Assembly (NCBI GenBank): GCA_963666425.2
Contig: OY762825.2
Coordinates: 896,001 to 960,000 of the forward strand
DNA from: Bacillota bacterium
Lineage (GTDB): Bacteria > Bacillota > JAAYKD01
DNA: 64,000 nt
Reading direction: 5' to 3'
The translations under genes were made by a program, and so were the position numbers. Shown one piece after another: positions 51,672-61,570 of this stretch; within the stretch, counting starts at the first letter, position 1; each line of letters opens with the position of its first letter. The notes under the pieces were generated by a model, which did not search any database, was not told where the DNA came from, and saw only the letters and a list, made by a program, of their open reading frames with translations.

Positions 51672-54068
51672 TTATTCTTCCTGCGGTCTGACACGGATGG
51701 TTTCTCCGGTTGTCACACTGCGGCGCATCACACTGCTTGGGATAGCGGTGCGCATGGCTCTGTGTGCTTCCGCATTGCCGTGTACCAACAAAACCACCTG
51801 TGGGTGCAAGTACTCAATTGCGGAAAGCAATTCGTCTTGGGCAGGGTGAGAAGGCCAATGATAATAAAGGATTTCACTCTTTTTCCCTGGTTGTTTTTTA
51901 CTCAGTTTTTCCAGTATCGGAATCAGGGCAACCAAGCTTTCACTCATTGTCGGTAAAAAAACGGCAGACACATCGTCTTTCACTATTTTACTTAAATAAG
52001 TAAATCCAGGCGCTTTTTCTGTCAGCATCGCCGGATTGACAAACAAGATACAGGGCTTATCAGCAACAGTCTGGCGGATTGTCTCGTCAATTGGCGTAAT
52101 CGACCAGCGGAAACTGTCTGCATGAAGAAAACCCGTCTGCGGTTTTGTGGTAGCGTCCGTCTGCATGTGCTCCTCCATCAGTTTAAAAAACTGATTGCAG
52201 CGGCCGTCGATATAGAGCGGTACCTTTCTCAATTTACCTTCTGTCATCGCTTGACGGAACAGGAAAGCGAAATTCTCGCCGCGTCCCAATTCGGCACAGG
52301 GAAATAAAGCGCAGCCACCGTTGTTGAGAATTTCATTAACCTTACTAATCATAACTTGTTCCATGGCTTGACGTTCAAAATGAGGAAATTGACCATTGGT
52401 GATATTAAGAATCATGATATCAAAATTACCCACCGGCCAAGCGGCTGCCAGTGCGGTTTTTTCTTTGTGTTTCGTAAAATCAGCGGTGATAAAAACAGAA
52501 TCATCCTGACCTTGCACCGCAATACTGACGGCGCCCGGCATATGACCGGCAGCGTAGAGTGTAATTGATAAATCATCATGGAACGGATAATATTTCGTTC
52601 CGATCTCTTTGACTGTCAGTTGAACTGCCTTAATCTCCGCTGCTTCGTAAACCGGCGCTTCGCTGACATAGTCTTCCTGATCCTCTGCCGGCCGCAATAA
52701 GGTATCAAGCATTGCCTCGATCATCGGTTCAGAGTCTTTACTGCACCAAACCGGGACATCCGGCCACCGTTTCACCAAATAGGGCAAGGCGCCACATTGG
52801 CTGTAATGAGCGTGGGTGATGATGATCAAATCGGGTTTCGGTATTGTTTGGACGTTTGGCAAACGCTCAATCCGGGCAGAGAGCCGGATACCGGCATCGA
52901 TCAGGATTCGTTTGCCATAGCGGACCATTTCCAGCATATAGCAAGCCGCATCGTTATCATTGCCGCCGGCTACCGCTTTGAAAATCACATGGCTGCGTCC
53001 CCCTGTAGAAGCAGGTGTATTGGCCTGATGATAGAGATAATTGTGCCAATCCGTATATTCCGAATCGTCAACCATCAGCAGCGGTACATTATTAATCATC
53101 GGTCGGCCCGGAGTTTTATCTCCCGGCTGGCCGCCATCGGAGCCGCCACGCAGAGTCAGACGGCTGTCCATCGGCATCGGTGGTAAATCATCCTCTAAAA
53201 AATCATGCTTTGCCGCTGGATCCGGTTCTGGTTTTCCCGCTGCTTCCTTGTTGTCGATGCAGACAGGCACCGCAGCTGCTGCGGCAGAGCCGACATCTTT
53301 TAGAGGTTCTTCCGTCTGATTTTTTCGCTTCAGCCAGGGAAACTGAGTCTCCATTTTTTGCCGGTGACTGCGCACCTGCTGCAGCGCGCGGGCGATCGAC
53401 AGACCGGCACTCACCGCTTTGCTATAGACTTCCGGCTCTGCTTCTTCTATTAAAAGATCATATTCGCGATGCAGCAGCTTCAAGCGCGCTTCTTCCTGCA
53501 GCCAAATACGATATTTCTGCTCGATCCCGTTTTGCTTGCTTTTCTGCAGAATACGGTTTTCCTGCTGTAAATGCAGAAGAGAAAATAACATCTGTTCGGA
53601 AAGCAGACTCTCCTCCGCAAAGGCTTCCTCCGCTCTGGGTAGGGCAAGCTGTTCTTCTGCAGAATCGATTTCCGCTTCCATTTGCTCCGGCTGCGGTCCC
53701 TCTGCTGCAGCAGCATCTTCTGCACTTACTTTCGTCTGTTCTTGTTTGAGAAAAACCGCAGAAGCGTCGTCGATTTCCGGATAGACGGCAATTTTTGCGT
53801 TCTCCGGCTGCAGCTGGTGCAGAAATAGCTTTGTCTCGCCGGATGCAGCGAAAGATTCCATTGCTTGCTGCAGCGTAATGTCTGCCTGATCGGCTGGGTT
53901 CATTGGCTGCATGACTAAGCTCGCTTTGGCATTCGTGCGATCACGATTCGTTTGATGATGACTTCCGATCGCCACCGTTTGTTTGGGAAAAACCGTTTGC
54001 TTCACTTCCATGATACTGTCAAAGTTCCGGTTACCATTGGTCTTACGTCGTTTGGACATACGGTTCAC
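51672..54068 (-). CDS. MBL-fold beta-CASP (CPSF-like) protein with ~360-aa N-terminal extension and degenerate metal-binding motif
   Basis: LIDAG, ITHAHYSQCG, AGHMPGA, FITADF, LGRG, SH and LVHG motifs in beta-CASP order. Confidence 0.8.
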   Translation of the reverse strand: MNRMSKRRKTNGNRNFDSIMEVKQTVFPKQTVAIGSHHQTNRDRTNAKASLVMQPMNPADQADITLQQAMESFAASGETKLFLHQLQPENAKIAVYPEIDDASAVFLKQEQTKVSAEDAAAAEGPQPEQMEAEIDSAEEQLALPRAEEAFAEESLLSEQMLFSLLHLQQENRILQKSKQNGIEQKYRIWLQEEARLKLLHREYDLLIEEAEPEVYSKAVSAGLSIARALQQVRSHRQKMETQFPWLKRKNQTEEPLKDVGSAAAAAVPVCIDNKEAAGKPEPDPAAKHDFLEDDLPPMPMDSRLTLRGGSDGGQPGDKTPGRPMINNVPLLMVDDSEYTDWHNYLYHQANTPASTGGRSHVIFKAVAGGNDNDAACYMLEMVRYGKRILIDAGIRLSARIERLPNVQTIPKPDLIIITHAHYSQCGALPYLVKRWPDVPVWCSKDSEPMIEAMLDTLLRPAEDQEDYVSEAPVYEAAEIKAVQLTVKEIGTKYYPFHDDLSITLYAAGHMPGAVSIAVQGQDDSVFITADFTKHKEKTALAAAWPVGNFDIMILNITNGQFPHFERQAMEQVMISKVNEILNNGGCALFPCAELGRGENFAFLFRQAMTEGKLRKVPLYIDGRCNQFFKLMEEHMQTDATTKPQTGFLHADSFRWSITPIDETIRQTVADKPCILFVNPAMLTEKAPGFTYLSKIVKDDVSAVFLPTMSESLVALIPILEKLSKKQPGKKSEILYYHWPSHPAQDELLSAIEYLHPQVVLLVHGNAEAHRAMRTAIPSSVMRRSVTTGETIRVRPQEE

Positions 54069-54076
54069 CTCACTTT

Positions 54077-54970
54077 TTATCTAGACTCCTTTTTTTCTTG
54101 CTTCGCTTTACGCAGGGCAACGATTTCTTCCGGCTGAAAATGATAGGCCGTGCGACAGAAATGACAAATCATTTCCACCGGCTCCTGCTTCGCTGCCATA
54201 TCCTGCAACTCGTCGTCTGAGATACTCAATAAAATCTGCTGCAAACGTTCTCTGCTGCAATCACATTGGTAATGGACCTCTCTGGTTTCCAAAATCGTTA
54301 ACTCGTCCGCAGTAAAGAAGCGTTTCAGCATTTCTTCCGCAGTTTCTACCTCTTGGATCATTTCTGTTGGCATCGCCGCTTCAGCCAAACGTTTTTCCAG
54401 CTTCTCGATCAGATCAGCATCTGCTCCCGGCAGCATTTGCAGTAAATATCCACCCGCAGTTTTTACTTGTCCATCCGGATTGACTAGTACTCCCAATCCC
54501 ACCGCTGAGGGAATTTGTTCTGAGACGGCTAGATAGTAAGCCAAATCCGTGGCAATTTCTCCGCTTTGCAAGGGTACCTGCCCAACATAGGGATCACCGA
54601 AACCCAAATCTTTACTGACTGCCAAAAAGCCTTTGCCAACAGCGCCGCCAACATCTAATTTGCCGGCGCTTGTCGCGGGTAAATTCACGTGCGGCTCCTG
54701 CAGATATCCCTTGACATGGGAACTGTCATCCACATCGACGATGACTGCACCGCAAGGACCGTCGCCCAGCACTCTTAAAGTAAGGTGCTGTCCTTCTTTT
54801 AAAATAGCGCCCATCAGCAAACCACCGGTCAAACTGCGTCCTAAAACCGCAGCAGCAGTTGGCCAACAATCATGCCGCTGTCTCGCTTCCTCTACTAACC
54901 CGGTGGTAACAGCCGCCAAAGCCCTGATCTGTCCGTTACAAGCGGTAGCTATTATCAGATGATCGTGCAT
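54077..54970 (-). CDS. hslO: Hsp33 redox-regulated chaperone
   Basis: GKLDVGGAVG, SEQIPS, AGGYLLQMLPG and the CDC...CHFC zinc switch. Confidence 0.95.
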   Translation of the reverse strand: MHDHLIIATACNGQIRALAAVTTGLVEEARQRHDCWPTAAAVLGRSLTGGLLMGAILKEGQHLTLRVLGDGPCGAVIVDVDDSSHVKGYLQEPHVNLPATSAGKLDVGGAVGKGFLAVSKDLGFGDPYVGQVPLQSGEIATDLAYYLAVSEQIPSAVGLGVLVNPDGQVKTAGGYLLQMLPGADADLIEKLEKRLAEAAMPTEMIQEVETAEEMLKRFFTADELTILETREVHYQCDCSRERLQQILLSISDDELQDMAAKQEPVEMICHFCRTAYHFQPEEIVALRKAKQEKKESR

Positions 54971-55165
54971 ATGAACCGATCCTTTCTATCATAAAATCCT
55001 GATCTTGTCATCCTATAAAGTATTTATTTTCTCCTTCAGGCAGGCAAAAACCTTTTTCGTCAGCTTGATATTTTCCCGGCAGGCAAGGAGGATCTGCTTA
55101 TGATAAAAAAGCCGACTGCGTGGCTCTGACTGAGCTGCGCAAGTCGGCATCAAATTTACATCCTG

Positions 55166-57268
55166 TTATTTCTTTTTGTTTTTGTAATATTCAAACCAAG
55201 CAAAGATCCTTTCGTAACGATCGAGTTGGTGCAGCGGTCGTTTGAAACCATGATATTCACCCGGGTAGCGGACCATCACCACTTCTTTACCCAATCGTTT
55301 TAAAGCCTGGTAGAACACTTCGCTGTTGGTGATGCCGCAGCGCAAATCACTCTCACCATGCAGCAATAAAAGCGGCGTTTCAACCTGCTCGGCATAGGTC
55401 AGCGGAGAGCTTTTGATCAATTGACTGTCTTTTCCCTGCCACGGCTGACCGCCATACTCATATTCGTTGGCCATGGTGTTATCTGCCAAACCGTAATCGA
55501 GCGCGAGGCTGCTGACCACAGCACCGCCGCAGATCGCCTTATAACGTTTGGTTTGAGTCGCCAGCCAGCATGCCATGTAACCGCCGTAGCTCCAGCCATG
55601 CATGAAGCAAAGATCGGGGTCAATGAAACCGGTGGCAAGCGCATCATCCAGACCGGACAACAGATCGGCATAATCTCTGTCTCCCCAGTTTTGATCAATC
55701 GCACGGCTGAACTCTTCGCCAAAGGTGGTAGAACCCCTGGGATTGATCAGGAGGACGAAATAACCTTGTGCAGCAAAGTATTGGGCGGCAATTTCAAAAG
55801 CAGGTCCATAAACCCCATGCGGACCGCCATGCACCAGATGGAAGAGCGGATATTTCTTGCTCTGGTCAAACTGAGCCGGATAGTAGAGCCAACCTTGCAG
55901 CGGCTGACCATCCTCTGCCGAAACAAAGCTGCGCGCTTGCCAGTGGGCAAATTCACGTTCCGCCATCAATGCATCGTTATGATGGGTCACCTGCCGCAGC
56001 TCTCCTTGCCGCAGCCAGAACCATTCTGCTAATTGGTCTGGGGAAGTGATCAGCAGCAGAAAACCCAGGTCGGAAACAGCAAATGACAGCAGACTGCATT
56101 GTTCCTGCCGCCATAAACATTCTGTATGTCCTTCAATCGAATGATATAAGGTGCCAGCGCCTTGATCACCAAGCATAAAACAGAACTCGTTTTGACGCCA
56201 CATGCTGGTTCGTCCGCCGGCTAATCTGGGCTCCGGACCACCGCCTGCGCCATAGGGACGATCATACTCCGCCGTCAGATTCAGCACATTTTGGCAAGTA
56301 AGCGCCTCCGGTGTCGAACCAGCCGCCAATTGCTGCAGAAACGAGGCAACCGGCAGCAAATTGACATCAGTGCGGCTGGAGACAAACCAAGTATTATTGT
56401 GTCCGGCGAAAGCAATAAAGCGACCATCCGGGCTCCAGGACAGCACTTTGCTCGGTCCGACTGCCCGATAGAGCAAGACCGGTTCTCCGCCGCTGATGGG
56501 ATAAAGCCATAAGTCGTCACGATGTTCTATTTCCGGATCCTGGCAGTGGCAGCCGCTGACACAAAGCCATCGACCACAGGGAGAAATTCGACCCAACGGA
56601 TGATCCCAGTCGCCAAAGGTAAGCTGACGCGCCGTGGGTTTCGCGTCTCCTGTTGTATTCAGTTGCGCGGGAATCATAAAGTGATGTGTTCTTGCCTGAC
56701 CATAATAACCAACCCCATCCATACGGTAATGGAAACGAGTAATTACTTTTACACTGTTGATTTCACTTTTCTCTCTTTTGTCCTTCTCCCCGCTGGCAGC
56801 CAGCTTGGTGGCTTCTTTCAGACGAATTCCGTCTTTGGCCGGGGCTCCCGCATAAGGAGTCCAATCTTCATCAAAAGGGAAAACAGCAGCCGTATAAACA
56901 ATCGACTGACCATCCGGTGTCCAGATAAAATCCTCAACCGCTTCGACTGTTGGCAGGCAGCGGGCTTCTCCGCCGGCAGTCAAATCCAGGATATAGATCC
57001 GGCTGCCATGATCCTGCCGGGTGGAAAGAAATGCCAGTTTCGTCGCATCCGGCGAAAGACGCGGTAACCGATTATTACCGCTGCTGGTCAATGGCCGTTC
57101 CTGACCCGAGACCAAATCCAGCTGCCATAGATCGGTGAGATTCTTCTCCTGCTTCAAATCCGTTTTTTGTAAGACATAGAAGGCGTATCTGCCATCCGCT
57201 GTCCATTGCAAATCCAGAGCTGCTTTGATACGATGCATATCTTCCAGTTGAAATTTGGTTCTTGCCAA
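55166..57268 (-). CDS. S9 family peptidase
   Basis: Propeller repeats; HGGPH; nucleophile GWSYGG; DLRC; EYH. Confidence 0.92.
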   Translation of the reverse strand: MARTKFQLEDMHRIKAALDLQWTADGRYAFYVLQKTDLKQEKNLTDLWQLDLVSGQERPLTSSGNNRLPRLSPDATKLAFLSTRQDHGSRIYILDLTAGGEARCLPTVEAVEDFIWTPDGQSIVYTAAVFPFDEDWTPYAGAPAKDGIRLKEATKLAASGEKDKREKSEINSVKVITRFHYRMDGVGYYGQARTHHFMIPAQLNTTGDAKPTARQLTFGDWDHPLGRISPCGRWLCVSGCHCQDPEIEHRDDLWLYPISGGEPVLLYRAVGPSKVLSWSPDGRFIAFAGHNNTWFVSSRTDVNLLPVASFLQQLAAGSTPEALTCQNVLNLTAEYDRPYGAGGGPEPRLAGGRTSMWRQNEFCFMLGDQGAGTLYHSIEGHTECLWRQEQCSLLSFAVSDLGFLLLITSPDQLAEWFWLRQGELRQVTHHNDALMAEREFAHWQARSFVSAEDGQPLQGWLYYPAQFDQSKKYPLFHLVHGGPHGVYGPAFEIAAQYFAAQGYFVLLINPRGSTTFGEEFSRAIDQNWGDRDYADLLSGLDDALATGFIDPDLCFMHGWSYGGYMACWLATQTKRYKAICGGAVVSSLALDYGLADNTMANEYEYGGQPWQGKDSQLIKSSPLTYAEQVETPLLLLHGESDLRCGITNSEVFYQALKRLGKEVVMVRYPGEYHGFKRPLHQLDRYERIFAWFEYYKNKKK

Positions 57269-57272
57269 TTCT

Positions 57273-58676
57273 TTATCCCCCTAAATTAAAATAATCGATA
57301 AAGATCGAACGGGTTCTTGCGTCCCATTGCACCGAAGCACCGAATGCTTCACTGATCGCTCTTAACGGGATCATCGTGCGTCCGTTGACCGCATCAAGAT
57401 AGGCCGGTGCGTCAATGGTTCGCAGCTCGCCGTTGACCGTCATGCTGCTGCTATTGAGCTGCAGTTCAATGCGGCTATTGTGATAGCTTGCTACAATCCG
57501 CTGATTTTCCGCCTGCCACTCGACATAAACACCCATGGCTTCCAACAGAGGGCGCAGCGGTATATAGGTCCGATTGTTTTCAGCAAGCACTGGAGCGGCA
57601 TCCGCAAAATAAACGCGATGCTCCCGATTCAAATAAACTTTGATCTCATCCGCCAATAAAACCTGTTTGATTGAAAAAACATCACTGCTGGCCGTCGTCA
57701 GCACTGCTCCGCCAAAATGATTGGCTCTGACGGAATAGGTCTGCATATTCGTCCCGTAGCCGTAAACAACATGTCCCCAGGTAAGGAGAGAAGCGAACGC
57801 CTGACGCGCCGGTAAGCGGATCCCGTTCATATAATAAATCTGCGTTGGGTCTGCCGGTACCCAACCAAACCCTTCCTGATAAAACTCTACCCAGGCATGC
57901 GCTAAATTCGTCCCGGAAAAAACCTGAAAATCCGTTATTTCAGTCGGATCTTTAAACCAATAGCCGCCCACGATGCGAGCGGGTATTTTGACCGCGCGCA
58001 GCAACGCCACCATGAAAGCGGCGAAATCAGTACATACCCCACGCAAATTAAACAAAGCCGATAAACTGCCTTGCCTGGCGTAAACATTCGACTCATCATA
58101 GGTCATAGCGGTATTGACATAATCAAAAATCAACTGGGCTTTCTCATAGTCACTGACTGCACCCGCTGTCAGTGACTGTGCCAAAGCAATCATAGAAGGA
58201 TTGGAACAGGCAATATAATCTTCATCCTGTAAATAGAGCGATAATTCCGACGACCTTGTCAAATTACCACCGTTGCCTGTGATCAGCAGCGATAAATTGG
58301 CCAGTTCGCTTTTGTCGGTCAGCCAATTCAAACTGCATAAATTCGCTCTGATACTGACTGAAACACTTTCTCCCGGCAGCAATTGAGCGAAAGTGACATA
58401 AGCATAACGATTGCCATAGAGATCCGTTTCAATGCGCTCCGGGGACGGATAGATCAATTCCTCAAACTGGATTTGCGAGTTTGGCAGAGCGAGTGGTGTT
58501 AGCAGGATACGCACGACGACATCGGTTGCGGTTTCCACGCCGGAATTGCTGACCTGGATGATCTGTTTATGGAAAAGCAATTTCTCATTTGCCGCAGCCA
58601 ATGTTCTCTGCGGAAAAACCGAAATAAAAAAGGACAAGGTGAGAAGGAGAACAATCAATCGCTTTGATTTTCGCAT
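57273..58676 (-). CDS. Secreted transglutaminase-like protein with C-terminal copper-amine-oxidase-N (stalk) domain
   Basis: Signal peptide; GVCTDFA / HAWVE / DPT triad; RTYIPLR...RTMIPLRAISEAFGASVQWD. Confidence 0.85.
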   Translation of the reverse strand: MRKSKRLIVLLLTLSFFISVFPQRTLAAANEKLLFHKQIIQVSNSGVETATDVVVRILLTPLALPNSQIQFEELIYPSPERIETDLYGNRYAYVTFAQLLPGESVSVSIRANLCSLNWLTDKSELANLSLLITGNGGNLTRSSELSLYLQDEDYIACSNPSMIALAQSLTAGAVSDYEKAQLIFDYVNTAMTYDESNVYARQGSLSALFNLRGVCTDFAAFMVALLRAVKIPARIVGGYWFKDPTEITDFQVFSGTNLAHAWVEFYQEGFGWVPADPTQIYYMNGIRLPARQAFASLLTWGHVVYGYGTNMQTYSVRANHFGGAVLTTASSDVFSIKQVLLADEIKVYLNREHRVYFADAAPVLAENNRTYIPLRPLLEAMGVYVEWQAENQRIVASYHNSRIELQLNSSSMTVNGELRTIDAPAYLDAVNGRTMIPLRAISEAFGASVQWDARTRSIFIDYFNLGG

Positions 58677-58702
58677 CCTTATCCCCCCCTGCCATCACGG
58701 AA

Positions 58703-59031
58703 TCAATTCCGTTTCGAATCATGAAAACAATCGGCTTGACCGAACAGTGCACCGATGCCGCCGGTATGCAGAAAGCAGACTGCTTCCTGCGGTGGCAGAA
58801 TCCCTCTGCTGATCAAATCACGCAGACCATAGAGTGTTTTCGCAGTGTAAACGTACTCCAAGAGAATTCCTTCCCGCCGTGCCAGTAAAAGCATTGTCTC
58901 AGCCAGTAATTCCATTTGAATTTGACGTTCTTGTTCGGAAATTGTTCCGAGAAAAATTGACTGCGCGGCAAAAGTTCAAGCGGCGTTGGGAATTTATGCA
59001 AATTGATTCTAGGTAAATTCTCGAAAAACAT
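58703..59031 (-). pseudogene. Remnant of a D-cysteine desulfhydrase / ACC deaminase family gene (large internal deletion)
   Basis: N-terminus MFFENLPRINLHKFPTPLELLPR is joined out of frame to C-terminus LARREGILLEYVYTAK...FLHTGG; the PLP-lysine region is missing. Confidence 0.75.
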
Positions 59032-59117
59032 GGGATTATCCTCCATGAAAATATTACAATTTAGTAATTTATATTACTTCCTAGATATTCCTGCTATTTT
59101 ATCTTTCACGAGAACTA

Positions 59118-59768
59118 CTATAATTGTAACTTACCAAACCAGATGACCAGCAGCATTCCCTCTCCACAACAAACCGATGCCGCTGCCCCGGTCAACTGAT
59201 TTGAAACCCCAAAGCTGGATCCTGCTTTTAAGCTGTGCCGGAGCAAAGGGTACTTCATGCCACAAGTCGTTACATCGCTTACGAGAGCCGTACAAGGCAG
59301 CAAGGAAATATAATTTCCTTCCTCTCCGCACAATTGTAATGTTTCATTGGAAATAACGCAAGCCTGTTGGGCGCCGTGGCTGAAGATAATCGGAAAATCT
59401 TTCTGTCGGAAAGCAGCGAGTAAGAATAAGTTCGCCACAGCATGATCCATTCGTGCGCCACCCCAACCGCCAAAGACAATCGCGCTGCTGCAGCCACGCT
59501 GCATGGCGAACTGCAAAGCCAGCTCACTGTCCGTCATATCCTTTTCTGGCGGCCAAACGAAACACTCTATGCTTTTTCCTTTGATTTCATCCTGCCATTC
59601 CGGCAAAAAAGAATCAAAGTCGCCTAGGAGAACATCGGGCTGCCAGTGCAGATCCCGCAAGTGACCATAACCTCCATCTGCTGCAATGACGACATCGGTC
59701 GCCTGCCGAAAAAAGCCTGCCGGTAACCCAGCAAACTCACCTGCCAAGAAAATCAAAGCACGCTTCAT
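59118..59768 (-). CDS. thiN: Thiamine pyrophosphokinase
   Basis: AADGG, GDFDS, EKDMTD, RMDH, KYPL and GVSN motifs. Confidence 0.92.
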   Translation of the reverse strand: MKRALIFLAGEFAGLPAGFFRQATDVVIAADGGYGHLRDLHWQPDVLLGDFDSFLPEWQDEIKGKSIECFVWPPEKDMTDSELALQFAMQRGCSSAIVFGGWGGARMDHAVANLFLLAAFRQKDFPIIFSHGAQQACVISNETLQLCGEEGNYISLLPCTALVSDVTTCGMKYPLLRHSLKAGSSFGVSNQLTGAAASVCCGEGMLLVIWFGKLQL

Positions 59769-59892
59769 TGTATCAGCTCCTTCTTTTTAAAAAAAGGCTG
59801 CAACAAAACGAATCAGTCAAAAACAATATGGTTCTTGTTCTTGCAGATCATTCGTTTTGTTACAGACCTTATGGCACAGAAGATTCGAAACG

Positions 59893-60756
59893 CTAGATTA
59901 ATTCCCGTTCAATTTCCTGCGCAGCAGAGTCCACTCCTTCGAGTTCCTCCATGGCATTCTCTAAAGTCATCAATTCCTGCGTCAGATTGCTCAACTCAAA
60001 GCGAACACTGTCATTTCCCCAGACCGTACTATTGACCAGTCTTGTCCGCAGACTCGACAAAGCGCTTTCCAGTGTATCCAAATGCGCCTGCAATAAAATA
60101 CTGCTTTGCCGGATCCGCTCTAAAGACTTCAGTTCCTGCTGCTTAAATCCGACCGCTCGCTGATATTGATTGACGGCTTCCACACTGGAAGCGCTGACAA
60201 CTTGGCGCTGTAAACGGTCAATTTCTTCCTGTATTTGCTGTAAATTTGAGTTCTCCAATAAAGAAGCCATGCGCTGATCCCGATTCAGCAATTCATAATA
60301 GCGCAAAAAGCCCTTGAGCGACTGCGCCAGCACTTCCTGAGCCACATCGTTGTCCCATACTTCCATACGGGTGAAATCATCAAACATATCCCGTTCCAAT
60401 TTGCGCACTCGCTCAAAGCGAACGCGCTGGTAATTGGCATGACTGCGCTGTTTTTCATAATCTTTTGAAGCGGTCCGCAGATTTTCCCGATACGCACTTA
60501 AGCTCTTCAGACTCCAGTCCTTTTGTACCTTATCCTTAAATTTCTGCGAGGCAGCTGTCCGAATGAGATAAATCAACTCCAGCAAGCTGCCGGTTGCCAG
60601 GACCAAGCCAGATACCGGAATCAACATATTAAAGAAAAAAATGGATTCCGGAACTCCAAAAAAAGCAAGCCCGATGGTTGCCGCGCTAATCAGCAGCGAA
60701 ACAGGCGATAACAGCAGTTGTTTTACCCGAAACGATCCAGGCGGTGTTTTCATCAC
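59893..60756 (-). CDS. PspA-associated membrane protein (two N-terminal TMs plus coiled coil)
   Basis: Two hydrophobic helices, then a long heptad-rich region; ATGA overlap with pspA. Confidence 0.7.
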   Translation of the reverse strand: MMKTPPGSFRVKQLLLSPVSLLISAATIGLAFFGVPESIFFFNMLIPVSGLVLATGSLLELIYLIRTAASQKFKDKVQKDWSLKSLSAYRENLRTASKDYEKQRSHANYQRVRFERVRKLERDMFDDFTRMEVWDNDVAQEVLAQSLKGFLRYYELLNRDQRMASLLENSNLQQIQEEIDRLQRQVVSASSVEAVNQYQRAVGFKQQELKSLERIRQSSILLQAHLDTLESALSSLRTRLVNSTVWGNDSVRFELSNLTQELMTLENAMEELEGVDSAAQEIERELI

Positions 60757-61532
60757 TGGGGTCCCATCTCCTGTTTAATCTTCTCCAAACGTTCTTTCAC
60801 TTGCAGGTCTTCCAGCGTACCTGCTTTTTCCAAGTCGATTTGACCAACCGGTTTTTCCAAACCGAGTTCTGCCTTCATCTTGGTCAGGCGCTCTTTGGCC
60901 TGTAAACTCTGTACTTCATCCTGCACGTCCTGAATTTCATTATGCAGAGTGATCTTGCCCATTTCGGTCAGGGCGTCGGCTCTGGCTTGCTTTTCCTGAA
61001 TTTTCTCTTTGGCACGATCCCAGGCTTCATTGGTCGTATCAAAAGAAATTCCACTCAAGGCTTCATTTAGTTTTTCTGTAATCTGAGCCTGTTTCCATTG
61101 CGTCTGCAATTGCAGTTTTTCCCGATATTTAGCCTGTACTTGCGCTTCAAAGGCTTTGACCTGCTGCTTGACCAATTCCGAAGCTTCTACGGCCTGATCA
61201 TACTGCGTCTGCAGTGCTTTCGCGACTTCCTCAACCGTCATCATCTGCTTCATGACCTGCTCCGCTAAATCATCGCGGCCCATCTGCAAGGCCTGCTTGA
61301 CCTGGGCATCCATGGTGGCTAATTTTTGTTTTTCGTTGCGCAGCATAATTTCAACTTGATTTTTCTGTTGTATTACTTGCACAGCCTGCAATTTGACTGC
61401 TTTCTGTTTTTCACGCAATTCATTTTGTGCTGCTTCCAGAATCACGTTGGGATCTTCGAATGAACTGACGCCAATACCGAACCAACCTTTGATTACGGTC
61501 CATAATCTACTAAACAGCCCCATTTCCTTCAC
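60753..61532 (-). CDS. pspA: PspA/IM30 (ESCRT-III-like) family protein
   Basis: Amphipathic N-terminus MGLFSRLWTVIKG; EDP motif; GRDDLA; long coiled coil. Confidence 0.85.
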   Translation of the reverse strand: MKEMGLFSRLWTVIKGWFGIGVSSFEDPNVILEAAQNELREKQKAVKLQAVQVIQQKNQVEIMLRNEKQKLATMDAQVKQALQMGRDDLAEQVMKQMMTVEEVAKALQTQYDQAVEASELVKQQVKAFEAQVQAKYREKLQLQTQWKQAQITEKLNEALSGISFDTTNEAWDRAKEKIQEKQARADALTEMGKITLHNEIQDVQDEVQSLQAKERLTKMKAELGLEKPVGQIDLEKAGTLEDLQVKERLEKIKQEMGPQ

Positions 61533-61570
61533 TCCTTATTCTTAATAAATATCTATGCCTTCTTCCTGTA

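Noticed and set aside
48251-54068. Restriction-modification or anti-phage island (nuclease plus methyltransferase)
   Set aside because: The methyltransferase lacks DNA-MTase motifs (DPPY/NPPY, PCQ in C5 context), the flanking genes are housekeeping, and there is no compositional anomaly or mobility gene.
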